Assembly: GCA_002011735.1 (NCBI GenBank)
Contig: MTOQ01000013.1
Span: forward strand, 1-56,553
DNA from: Nitrospirae bacterium JdFR-81
Lineage (GTDB): Bacteria; Nitrospirota; Thermodesulfovibrionia; UBA6902
Reading direction: 5' to 3'
Length of the DNA stretch: 56,553 nucleotides
The position numbers and the translations under genes were made by a program. A model generated the notes under the pieces. It saw only the letters and a list, made by a program, of their open reading frames with translations, had not been told where the DNA came from and did not search any database. This document shows positions 10,123 through 18,764 of the stretch, piece after piece (the first letter of the stretch is position 1; each line of letters starts with the position of its first letter).

Positions 10123-11046
10123 ATGTCATACAAGTTTGACTCCCTCATGATAATCCTCAACAAGCTTGAGAACAAAGAGAAGGTCACTGTCAGATCCCTC
10201 ATGGAGGAGCTTGAAGTCAGTGAGAGGACTGTTCATCGGTATCTCAATACCCTCCAGATCGGCGGATTCCCCATCAAATATGACAGGAAAAGAGAGACCT
10301 ACTGTTTTGAAGAAGGCTATACCCTGAGCAAACCCGACCTTACCCTTGAGGAGAGCCTTGCCTTTGCCCTCTCGAAGAAACTGATGAAGAGCCTTGGCCC
10401 AGGTTTTGAGAAACGACTCTCAGACATAGAGAAGAAACTCTCCATGAAGGATGCAAAACTCCAGGAGCAGTTTTTATTGAAAGGGCCTGAACAGCCAGAG
10501 GCAATAAAAGGCATGATTGAAGAGATAACCGGTGCAATCAAAAACTTCAGGGTGATAGAACTCACCTATAAAAGTGCCTATTCTGACAGAGAATCTGTGA
10601 GAAAGGTCGAACCATACTATCTTTTCTTCGACAATGACATATGGTATCTGAGAGGATATTGCCATTTAAGAAAAGAGCTCCGGACCTTTGCCCTCGACAG
10701 GGTGATATCCGTAAGGCCACTGAACAAACATTTTGTACCCGAGAAGATATCACCTGATGAAGACATCTCAGGGGCCTTTGGCCCTGTGGTAGGTGGCAAA
10801 CCGGTAGAAGTAATCCTAAGATTTGATGCCCCTATCAAACCCTTTGTCAGCAGAAAGAAGTGGCATCGTAGCCAGAAGTTAAAGGAATTAGAGGACGGGG
10901 GAGTTGAGATGAGATTCAGGGTCAATGGCTTAGCAGGTATAAAGCCATGGATTTATCAATGGTTACCCCATGTTAAAGTGATAGCCCCTGAGGAGCTAAA
11001 GAGGATAATGAGGGCAGAACTCAAAAGAGCCATTAAAAACATATAA
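10123..11046 (+). CDS. wHTH-WYL-WCX transcriptional regulator
   Basis: HTH (LEVSERTVHRYL), RKVEPY, WYLRGYC, LRTFALDRV, C-terminal VKVIAPEEL. Confidence 0.92.
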   Translation: MSYKFDSLMIILNKLENKEKVTVRSLMEELEVSERTVHRYLNTLQIGGFPIKYDRKRETYCFEEGYTLSKPDLTLEESLAFALSKKLMKSLGPGFEKRLSDIEKKLSMKDAKLQEQFLLKGPEQPEAIKGMIEEITGAIKNFRVIELTYKSAYSDRESVRKVEPYYLFFDNDIWYLRGYCHLRKELRTFALDRVISVRPLNKHFVPEKISPDEDISGAFGPVVGGKPVEVILRFDAPIKPFVSRKKWHRSQKLKELEDGGVEMRFRVNGLAGIKPWIYQWLPHVKVIAPEELKRIMRAELKRAIKNI

Positions 11047-11065
11047 CCCTTAAAAAGGAGGACTT

Positions 11066-12289
11066 ATGGGAGAGAGACTAAAGTGTCCGGTCTGTGGAAA
11101 ACCACTGACACGTGCAGAGTATGACAGGGCCCTGGGCCTCTGGAAGGAAAAACAGGAGCATATAAAACACCTTGAGGCAGAGCAGAAGAAACTCAGGGAG
11201 AACCAGAAGAGGCTTGAAGAAGAGAGAAAGAGGCTCAAGGCACAGGAGAAGGCGTATAAACAGCAGGTAAAGAAACTGACCGACGAATTTCAAAGGCAGA
11301 AGACCCAGCTCATAAAAGAGAGGGACAGGCTCTTACAGGAGCAGAGAAAGAAATTTACAGAGGAGATGCATAAGCAGAGGGCCAGGATGGAAAAATCCTT
11401 TGAACTCCGCATGAAGAAAGAGATCCAGAAAGGCATTGCCCGTGGCATAGAAGAGCAGAAGAAACAGATCAAGAAGCAGGAAGAAGAGCTCAGGAAGGCA
11501 AAGAACAGGATGCAACAGCTTGAGAGGAGCCTGCGCATCTCTGCCAGAAAGTATGAGCAGGCCAATGAGGAGATCAAGAGACTGAGGAAACAGCTTGAAC
11601 AGGGCATTACCCCACAGATAGAGGGACTGCTTGAAGAAGACAATCTCCTCTCAAAACTCAAGGAACTATATCCTGAAGACAGGTTTGAGCATCCAGGCAA
11701 GAAAGGTGATATAATTCAGATCGTTATAGATCAGGGCAGGGAGGTTGGCAAAATAGTTTATGAATGTAAGAAGGTGAAGACATTCAACAGCAGACATATC
11801 GATCAGGCCAGAGAGGCACGCAATAAACGACAGGCCGATTTTGCCATTCTTGTAACAAACGCCTTTCCATCGAAGAGACAGTTCTACTTTGTTGAAAAGA
11901 CGGTGTTTGTAATCAGTCCCATAAGCCTTGAGCCCATAACCTATATCCTCAGGGCCAGCCTGGTGAGGATAGCCCTGTTGAAGATGAGCAATGAGGCAAA
12001 GGAGAAGGCAGTCCAGAGGGTCTATGAGTATCTCTCAAGCAGTGAGTATAATAACAAAGTGAATGATATTGCTAACCAGCTTTTTGAACTCGGCAAAGAA
12101 CTCCGTTCTGAGATATCTGCTCACAAACGCACCTGGGAGAAGAGATACAACATATACCGTTGTCTATTTAATGACATAAGATTGATAGACCACAAGCTGA
12201 AGGAACTCGTCCACGACAGCACCAACAACAAACAAAAACTCCTGCCACTGAGAAAGGAATATATCGAGATTACGGAATTGGGAGGGTGA
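11066..12289 (+). CDS. DUF2130-like coiled-coil protein with PD-(D/E)xK domain
   Basis: N-terminal CPVCG, ~160 aa E/K/Q/R coiled coil, QIEG..E..L..LYPED, GDIIQ..V...GKIVYECKK, ADFAILVT. Confidence 0.75.
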   Translation: MGERLKCPVCGKPLTRAEYDRALGLWKEKQEHIKHLEAEQKKLRENQKRLEEERKRLKAQEKAYKQQVKKLTDEFQRQKTQLIKERDRLLQEQRKKFTEEMHKQRARMEKSFELRMKKEIQKGIARGIEEQKKQIKKQEEELRKAKNRMQQLERSLRISARKYEQANEEIKRLRKQLEQGITPQIEGLLEEDNLLSKLKELYPEDRFEHPGKKGDIIQIVIDQGREVGKIVYECKKVKTFNSRHIDQAREARNKRQADFAILVTNAFPSKRQFYFVEKTVFVISPISLEPITYILRASLVRIALLKMSNEAKEKAVQRVYEYLSSSEYNNKVNDIANQLFELGKELRSEISAHKRTWEKRYNIYRCLFNDIRLIDHKLKELVHDSTNNKQKLLPLRKEYIEITELGG

Positions 12290-12329
12290 GGGAAAAAGTA
12301 GATATATAATATTCGCAAAAGGAGGTATT

Positions 12330-13181
12330 ATGGGTAATACAATAGAAAAATTTTTGTCTGCCTTGAATAAAAAGGATGGCAATTTTCGGAAAAGTGCAGG
12401 TAACTATGCTAATAGAGTCCACATACATCATAACCCGAAGAAAGACATTAAAATCCCACAGAAAAAAGATCCAAGCAAAACAAAGAATTGTGACATTGTT
12501 TTTGCTCATTTATATGAAAATCCACGAACTAAAGAATTATTCTGGCTCAAGAAAGCGGCTAATTCACAACATGTTCATGGACATAAGTGTATTTCTTATA
12601 TTTTTCATAATCTATTATCTTCCCCTCCAGTAAAAATCAAACGTGATTTGGCAAAGAAAATATTAGATTCGGAACTTCCTAAGATCGTCGATTACCTAAA
12701 TAAAATAGAAAAGGATAATATAACTTTAGAAGATTTGGATTATAACCATGAAGAAATAGAGCAAGTGTCTACATATCTTATCGAACGTCAAATTAGGAAT
12801 GTTGGAGGAGGATACCGGAACCACGAAGATAATCGTAAGGTAGAAAAAGCAGCTATTAAATTCGTTATAAGACATTACAAACAACAGGGGTGGAATGTCC
12901 AGTCTGTGGAATTTGAGAAAAGAGGATACGATTTACTCTGCACAAAAGGAACAAGAGAGGAGCATGTTGAAGTAAAAGGTATCAAAGGTACAGAGTTATC
13001 ATTTATTGTTACATCTCGTGAAGTTGAACAGGCTCATATAGACCCCCACTCGGTATTCTGCGTGGTGACCTCTGCCTTATCAAAGAGACCAAAATTATCA
13101 CGTTTTACTGGTAAAGAATTTATTAATTCCTTCAAGTTAAATCCGTTAGCATTCAAAGCTATATTTAGTTTGAAAAAATAA
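12330..13181 (+). CDS. DUF3883 (NOV_C-like) PD-(D/E)xK domain protein with unknown N-terminal domain
   Basis: VEKAAI.FV...Y.QQGW.V...GYDLLC...HVEVKG...TSRE; strong SD; AT-rich DNA. Confidence 0.8.
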   Translation: MGNTIEKFLSALNKKDGNFRKSAGNYANRVHIHHNPKKDIKIPQKKDPSKTKNCDIVFAHLYENPRTKELFWLKKAANSQHVHGHKCISYIFHNLLSSPPVKIKRDLAKKILDSELPKIVDYLNKIEKDNITLEDLDYNHEEIEQVSTYLIERQIRNVGGGYRNHEDNRKVEKAAIKFVIRHYKQQGWNVQSVEFEKRGYDLLCTKGTREEHVEVKGIKGTELSFIVTSREVEQAHIDPHSVFCVVTSALSKRPKLSRFTGKEFINSFKLNPLAFKAIFSLKK

Positions 13182-13214
13182 GATACAAATCGACATGAGG
13201 AAGGAGAGGAATAA

Positions 13215-14597
13215 ATGGAAAATTTGAGAAATACGGTGAGGCGATTAACAGAAGAAGAGAAAAAACAAGCCATTGCCGCTGCCAAGAGAGAAAAAGCTAA
13301 GGGGTCGCGTAGTCAAGGAACATCTAACATCCCAGTAGAAGTAGAATATAAGGGGAAAATATATGTTGGAACAGGGAAAGAAGTATTTCGAATACTAAAA
13401 AAAGATAGTGGAGTAAAGTCGTCAACTCTTACGGCTCTTGTAAAAAAGATTGGTGCTAAGTGGCTATTTAATCCATTGGCTGAAGAAGGCGAAATAAGTA
13501 ATATACGTACAGAAACAGAAAAACATCTTAAGGAGACAAAGATACAATCAGATTCAGAAGGTGTTTATAAACTACTTGAAAAGAAAAAACAGATCATTCT
13601 CTATGGGCCACCTGGGACGGGGAAGACATATAGTACAAAGGAGATTGCCCTTGAGCTGTTTACTGAAGAAGAGGAAGAGTACGAAGAATTGCGTGACAAA
13701 GGCAGAATCGAATTCATCACCTTTCATCCCTCCTATAGCTATGAAGAATTCATAGAAGGCATCACTGTCGAGACAGAAAGAGAGGGAGTTGCTACCGAAA
13801 GTGTCAAGTATAAACTCAGACCTGGGATTTTTAAAGAGATGTGCAAGAAAGCCTTAGGATCTCTTATTAATTTACCAGATGAGGAAATTGAGGAGAAGAC
13901 ATGGCGTGAAGTTTTTGATGCCTATATAGAGAAAGAAGTTGTGGATTTTGAAGATGCACCTCCATATGTCCTTATCATAGACGAGATCAACAGGGGTGAT
14001 ATGGCAAAGATATTTGGAGAGCTCATAACCCTGCTTGAGGCTGACAAACGCCTTGGAGAAGATAATGAATTAATTGCCACTCTGCCCACATCTGGCGACA
14101 GATTCGGCGTTCCACCAAATCTCTACATCATCGGCACAATGAACACAGCAGACAGAAGCATCGCCCTCCTGGATGTGGCATTGAGAAGGAGATTTGGTTT
14201 TATCGCCATGGAACCAGACCTTGAGATGTTAAGAAGTCATATAGAGAATACTACGGATATAGAAGAGAACACGAAATCTCTCCTTACTCACTCAATTAAG
14301 GCCATTGAAAAGATAAACCAAAAGATATGCCATGACAGGGCCATAGGCAGGGACAAACAGATAGGCCATTCCTATTTATTGAAAGTTAAAAATACAGAAG
14401 ATCTGGCCATGGTCTGGCGACATGAGATACTGCCCCTCCTTGAAGAGTACTGCTACGGAGACTATCAGAAGATCAACCAGATACTCTTTAATAGTGATTC
14501 AGACACTGAGTGGATAAGTCAATGTGAAGGGATTAAAGATATCACAGCCAATAACATCAGAGACATGCTCAATGAGATAATTTCTGATGGTGAATAA
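13215..14597 (+). CDS. mcrB: McrB-family AAA+ GTPase
   Basis: GPPGTGKT, FHPSYSYEEFIEG, IIDEINRG, signature MNTADRS, ALRRRF, IGHSY. Confidence 0.93.
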   Translation: MENLRNTVRRLTEEEKKQAIAAAKREKAKGSRSQGTSNIPVEVEYKGKIYVGTGKEVFRILKKDSGVKSSTLTALVKKIGAKWLFNPLAEEGEISNIRTETEKHLKETKIQSDSEGVYKLLEKKKQIILYGPPGTGKTYSTKEIALELFTEEEEEYEELRDKGRIEFITFHPSYSYEEFIEGITVETEREGVATESVKYKLRPGIFKEMCKKALGSLINLPDEEIEEKTWREVFDAYIEKEVVDFEDAPPYVLIIDEINRGDMAKIFGELITLLEADKRLGEDNELIATLPTSGDRFGVPPNLYIIGTMNTADRSIALLDVALRRRFGFIAMEPDLEMLRSHIENTTDIEENTKSLLTHSIKAIEKINQKICHDRAIGRDKQIGHSYLLKVKNTEDLAMVWRHEILPLLEEYCYGDYQKINQILFNSDSDTEWISQCEGIKDITANNIRDMLNEIISDGE

Positions 14598-15873
14598 TAG
14601 CAGTATCATAGAAGTCCCAGAATACAAATCAATAAAGATAGAACCTCTAAGTGATAGAGAGATTGAGTATCTCAGGCAGGACTGCTTTAACTACAGGGAG
14701 GAAGGAAAGTCACCTTATAAAGTAAGGCGTTTGAAAGAGAAAGACGAGATTGAAAACACCTCCTACTCTGGTATCATCCAGCTTGATAACTTCAGGATTC
14801 ATTTCTCCACAAAGGTCAGCACAAACCTGTTCTACATGCTCACCTTTCTTAAAGACGAAAAAGCGTTCCTCTATGATTCAGAAAGGATTATTGAGATAAA
14901 AGAAGGCGAATGCTTCTTCGACATCATTGGCAGGCTCTTTCTGAACGAACTGGAAAAGATCTTTGAGAGAGGCTTCTATAAGAGATATGTCAGAAAAGAA
15001 GAAAATCTTGCCTTCCTTAAAGGCAAGCTATTGATTAAACATCAGATAAGAAACGATTTCACCAGAAGGCCAGAGTTTTACTGCTCATATGAAGACCTGA
15101 CATACGACAACCTCGAGAATCGCATAATCCTGCGTGCCGCAACCCTCCTGATTCCACTTATCCGTTTTAATGAAGAGATAAAGGGTGACCTCCTTAAATA
15201 TACCCATCTCCTCAGAGAAGAAGTCAGCCTCATTGATGTGAATCCCGAAGACTGCAATCGGATAAGGTTTCACAGGCTCAATGACTACTATGAAGCCATA
15301 ATCCAGCTCTCAAAGGTTATTCTTCAGTATCACTTCATCAGGCATACACAGAAGGGACTCTCCAAGGGGTTCAATTTTATTGTAAACATGAACAGAGTAT
15401 ACGAGGACTTTATCACCTCTGTTATCGAAGACATCGTCTCAACTGATGAGGAATTTCAGGACTTCGTGGTGGAGAAACAGGCAAGATTTGACAGTCTTGT
15501 AAGAGAGAGAACGATTATCACAAGACCCGACATAATCCTCCGCAGGAAGAACACCGAAGAGTATCCTGTTATTATTGACGCCAAGTACAAGAGGGAGGAG
15601 GACAACACAGACTATTATCAGGTGATAGCCTATGCTATGGCAATACCTACAGCAAAGGTATGTTGCTTAATTTATCCAGCAGAAGAAGAAAGGATTGAGA
15701 CAAGGATTTTAACTCTTAAAAGAAAGGCCTTTGACAGCGCAAGAGAAGATGTAAGATTACATGCAATCAAGATCAATTTATTCTGGGAAGAAAAGACGGG
15801 ATTTAAAGATTATATAACGAAGGTAAAGAGAGAATTAAAAGGCGAATTATTAAATGTAGTAGAATTCCATTAA
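14587..15873 (+). CDS. mcrB-partner mcrC: McrC-family endonuclease subunit
   Basis: MNRVYEDFI, RPDIIL, IIDAKYK, DYYQVIAYA, LIYP; overlaps the mcrB stop. Confidence 0.9.
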   Translation: MVNNSSIIEVPEYKSIKIEPLSDREIEYLRQDCFNYREEGKSPYKVRRLKEKDEIENTSYSGIIQLDNFRIHFSTKVSTNLFYMLTFLKDEKAFLYDSERIIEIKEGECFFDIIGRLFLNELEKIFERGFYKRYVRKEENLAFLKGKLLIKHQIRNDFTRRPEFYCSYEDLTYDNLENRIILRAATLLIPLIRFNEEIKGDLLKYTHLLREEVSLIDVNPEDCNRIRFHRLNDYYEAIIQLSKVILQYHFIRHTQKGLSKGFNFIVNMNRVYEDFITSVIEDIVSTDEEFQDFVVEKQARFDSLVRERTIITRPDIILRRKNTEEYPVIIDAKYKREEDNTDYYQVIAYAMAIPTAKVCCLIYPAEEERIETRILTLKRKAFDSAREDVRLHAIKINLFWEEKTGFKDYITKVKRELKGELLNVVEFH

Positions 15874-15897
15874 GCTCAAGGCCCATCGAAGAGGACG

Positions 15898-17496
15898 ATG
15901 GTAAGATTAACCTTTTATGGAGGCATAAGAGAAATAGGAGGGAATCAGATCCTTCTTGAGGATGGAGACAGGTCTGTATTTTTTGACTTTGGACTATCAT
16001 TCAAGAGATACAAAAAATTTTATGAAGAATACCTTAAACCTCGCGCTGGTTCAGGCTTGCTTGATCCTTTAATTATGGGATTACTCCCTCCGCTAAAAGG
16101 GATCTACAGAGATGACCTGCAAAATTCCGAGATCTGGAAGCACTTCCATGCCAGCCCTTTTGTCTGAAAATTAAAAAAGTTAGACGGAGTTCTTTTAAGT
16201 CACGCCCACCTTGACCACTCAGGTTATATCTCTTTCCTTAAAAAAGAGATTCCCATCTGTTCAAGCTCAATGACTGCTTTTATTGTGAAGGCAGTTCAAG
16301 ACAGTGGAAGACCTGATTTTGATAGACGTATCTGCTATTTTACTCCATGCGAGACCGGTATACCTGCAGGGTGGAGACAAGAGGCATTTCTGTCAGACTC
16401 ATCCAGTCCTGATGAACAACGCCTTTTTCTCCTGGGAGATATCTCGCCGCGCAAACTGCCCAAGAAAGCGGTAGAATTTTGGGCAAACCCAGCAAAAACA
16501 AAAGAGCTTATCTCGTGTTCCCCTGGAAATTGTAAAGAATTTGTTTTTAACTTAAAATGTTTTGCTGTTGATCATTCGATACCAGGGGCAACAGCATGGG
16601 CAGTGGAAACCAACGCTGGATGGATAATTTACACTGGTGACCTTCGTCTACATGGGAAGAAGAAGGAATTCACACAGAAGTTTCTGAAGAATGCCGCAAG
16701 ACTTAAGCCCAAGGTGCTCATAATAGAAGGCACCAGGGTAGATGATGAAAGAAAGATTAACGAAGAAGAGGTTAAGGGTAATCTCCTTAAAGTTGTAAAG
16801 AGGTTCAAGGGGAAACTGGTTATAGCTGACTTTGGCGCAAGAAATATAGAGCGGTTAGAAACATTTCTCGAAATCGCAGAGGAAGTCGGGAGAAAGCTTG
16901 TTATAACGGATAAAGATGCCTACCTGCTCGATGCGCTCCATGTATTGGATCCAGCTATTCCTGATGCAACCAATAAGCATATATATGTCTATCAGAAGAC
17001 AACCGCAAATAAAAGTCCTGATATATGGAAGAGAAACATTTATGCTAAGTATAGCAATAAGATCGTGATGGCAGAAGATATTCGCAGAAATCAAGAAGAT
17101 TTTATTTTGTGCTTCAGTTTTTTCGATATAAACGAATTGCCAAGTCTTAAACCCGAGCCAGAGAGTGCATATATTTATTCTTCAAGTGAACTTTACGATG
17201 AAGAGCAGGAAATAGATTTCCGGCGACTTCATGCCTGGCTTGAACATTTCCAGATTAAAGGAATAGGATTGCCAAGGGAAATAGCTTACCGGAAATGGGA
17301 GATTCCAGAGGATGAAAAAGCACTTCATGCCTCAGGACATGCCGCCGGCCCTGAGTTAATAGAGATGGTCTGCTTGATTAAACCACAATATGTCCTCCCG
17401 GTACACACCGAAAGACCTGAATATTTCAGGGAACACCTCCGCGATACAGATATCAAGGTAAGAATAGCTGAACCAGGTGAGTGTATAAATATCTAA
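15898..17496 (+). pseudogene. MBL-fold beta-CASP RNase J-like nuclease interrupted by one in-frame TGA (16165-16167)
   Basis: ORFs 15898-16167 and 16270-17496 share a frame. Reading through the TGA gives KLKKLDGVLLSHAHLDHSG. Other motifs: GGIREIGGN, DFG, VDHSIPG, YTGDLRLHG, IIEGT, HASGH, PVHTE. Confidence 0.8.
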
Positions 17497-17533
17497 CCAA
17501 AAAACTTGCACTTGCGAAGTGCAGGTTTTTTGG
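17497..17533. terminator. Intrinsic, likely bidirectional terminator
   Basis: CCAAAAAA-CTTGCACTT-gcg-AAGTGCAGG-TTTTTTGG immediately after the stop at 17496. Confidence 0.85.
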
Positions 17534-17575
17534 TGGGATCCACTTTGCGCAGTCTACACGGGGACTACTTTACAT

Positions 17576-17722
17576 GGTGCGATAAATAGGACAGAATATG
17601 AGGATGACTCATTTGTCTATGTTGTTAATTGTTAATAAGTTAATAAGGATGAGTGCGTCAGATGTGGCCTCTGTGTAGGTGTCTGCCCCTGCGGGATATG
17701 GGAGATGGTGGAGAATGTGTAA
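17576..17722 (+). pseudogene. 3' remnant of a 4Fe-4S oxidoreductase gene
   Basis: Frame reads GAINRTEYEDDSFVYVVNC**VNKDECVRCGLCVGVCPCGIWEMVENV*, containing a CxxCxxCxxxCP motif, two internal TAA stops and no start. Confidence 0.65.
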
Positions 17723-17782
17723 GGAGAATACCTCGTAGTTTGCTCCCTCCTATAAATAGGCATGATCAAGCCAATCTTAAAC

Positions 17783-17842
17783 TGTAGGATGATGCACATC
17801 AGGTGAGTGATTTCACTCACAGGATGTGTGAAATAACACATC
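17783..17842. promoter_or_regulatory. Three phased dyad sites, candidate bacterial enhancer (UAS)
   Basis: TGT-N10-ACA at 17783, TGA-N10-TCA at 17804 (GTGAGTGA-tt-TCACTCAC), TGT-N10-ACA at 17825 (GATGTGT-N6-ACACATC); 21-bp period. Confidence 0.6.
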
Positions 17843-17891
17843 TCAACTATAAGAGATAACATAAAAATGGATATATTATAGGCAGCAAAAA

Positions 17892-17907
17892 TGGTATGAA
17901 TTTTGCT
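17892..17907 (+). promoter_or_regulatory. Sigma54 (-24/-12) promoter
   Basis: TGGTATGAATTTTGCT matches TGGCAC-N5-TTGCW with exact GG-N10-GC spacing; upstream of the pilin gene. Confidence 0.65.
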
Positions 17908-18211
17908 AAAGTCAAGAGGGAGGTGTTTTATTTATTTATTGACATTAAATGGAATTAATATTCATGGTGTCTTAATTAACACGATTAGAATTTCCTTCAA
18001 TTAATTGAAGGATTGAGGATGTTGAGCTCAATCAGCGCCCTCGATTCAGCAAGCCGTCTTCGAAGGTTCTCTTGCCTATCCAGGGTATTCTTGATAAGGG
18101 GTGTCCCTCTCAAAGTGCCACTCATTTTTAAAGGGGGGTGGGACCCATGATCTAATTACATAAAGGCCTTAATTCATGGAGGCTATTATTTTTGGTGGAA
18201 GGAGGTAAAGG

Positions 18212-18718
18212 ATGATGGAGAGGGTGATAACGATATTGACATTACTGATCACATTTATTGCGGTTTCAGGTGTTGTTTATGCAGGCTCAGTGAATGGCAC
18301 ACTTGATGTTACAGCGAATGTCATCGGATTTTGTGATGTGATGGTCACTGGCGTGGACTTTGGGAATGTAGTGGCGGATGGCTCCCTCTATTATGCCAAT
18401 GGGGATGTATCTGTGGCATGTGACACAGGGGTACCTTATAACATTGCTATGGATGCAGGTATGTATTTTGATGGGATCAGCAGGCAGCTGAGCGACGGTT
18501 TTAGTGGTTTCCTGCATTACCACCTCTTTAAGGATGGGACTTACACTCAGGAGTATGGTGATTCCGACTATGATAATACCTTCCCATTGGGATCCAGTCT
18601 TTCAGATATAGGTGATGGGACATGGCAGGCACACACGGTCTATGGCCAACTGGTAACTCTGGGCGGAGAGCCCGTGGGTAGTTACGCTGATACCGTTACG
18701 GTAACCGTCTACTATTAA
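18212..18718 (+). CDS. Csu-type (spore coat protein U domain) pilin
   Basis: Signal peptide, V.A.V..C..V.FG, second Cys, L.Y.LFKD, VYG, GSYADTVTVTVYY C-terminus; strong SD. Confidence 0.9.
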   Translation: MMERVITILTLLITFIAVSGVVYAGSVNGTLDVTANVIGFCDVMVTGVDFGNVVADGSLYYANGDVSVACDTGVPYNIAMDAGMYFDGISRQLSDGFSGFLHYHLFKDGTYTQEYGDSDYDNTFPLGSSLSDIGDGTWQAHTVYGQLVTLGGEPVGSYADTVTVTVYY

Positions 18719-18732
18719 AAAATAAAAATTAG

Positions 18733-18759
18733 ATGGGGCTTCCACATTGGAAGCCCCAT
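18733..18759. other. GC-rich intergenic hairpin after the pilin gene
   Basis: ATGGGGCTTCCA-cat-TGGAAGCCCCAT, perfect 12-bp stem, no U-tract on the + strand. Confidence 0.7.
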
Positions 18760-18764
18760 GATGA

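Noticed and set aside
16165-16210. Selenocysteine at the TGA in the RNase J-like gene
   Set aside because: Not a redox Cys position, and the downstream sequence is A-rich with no convincing SECIS hairpin; nonsense mutation or error is more parsimonious.
17632-17862. 76-aa minus-strand ORF
   Set aside because: No motif; it overlaps the plus-strand ferredoxin remnant and the enhancer dyads.
17920-18211. c-di-GMP riboswitch upstream of the pilin
   Set aside because: The conserved GEMM elements were not found by eye.
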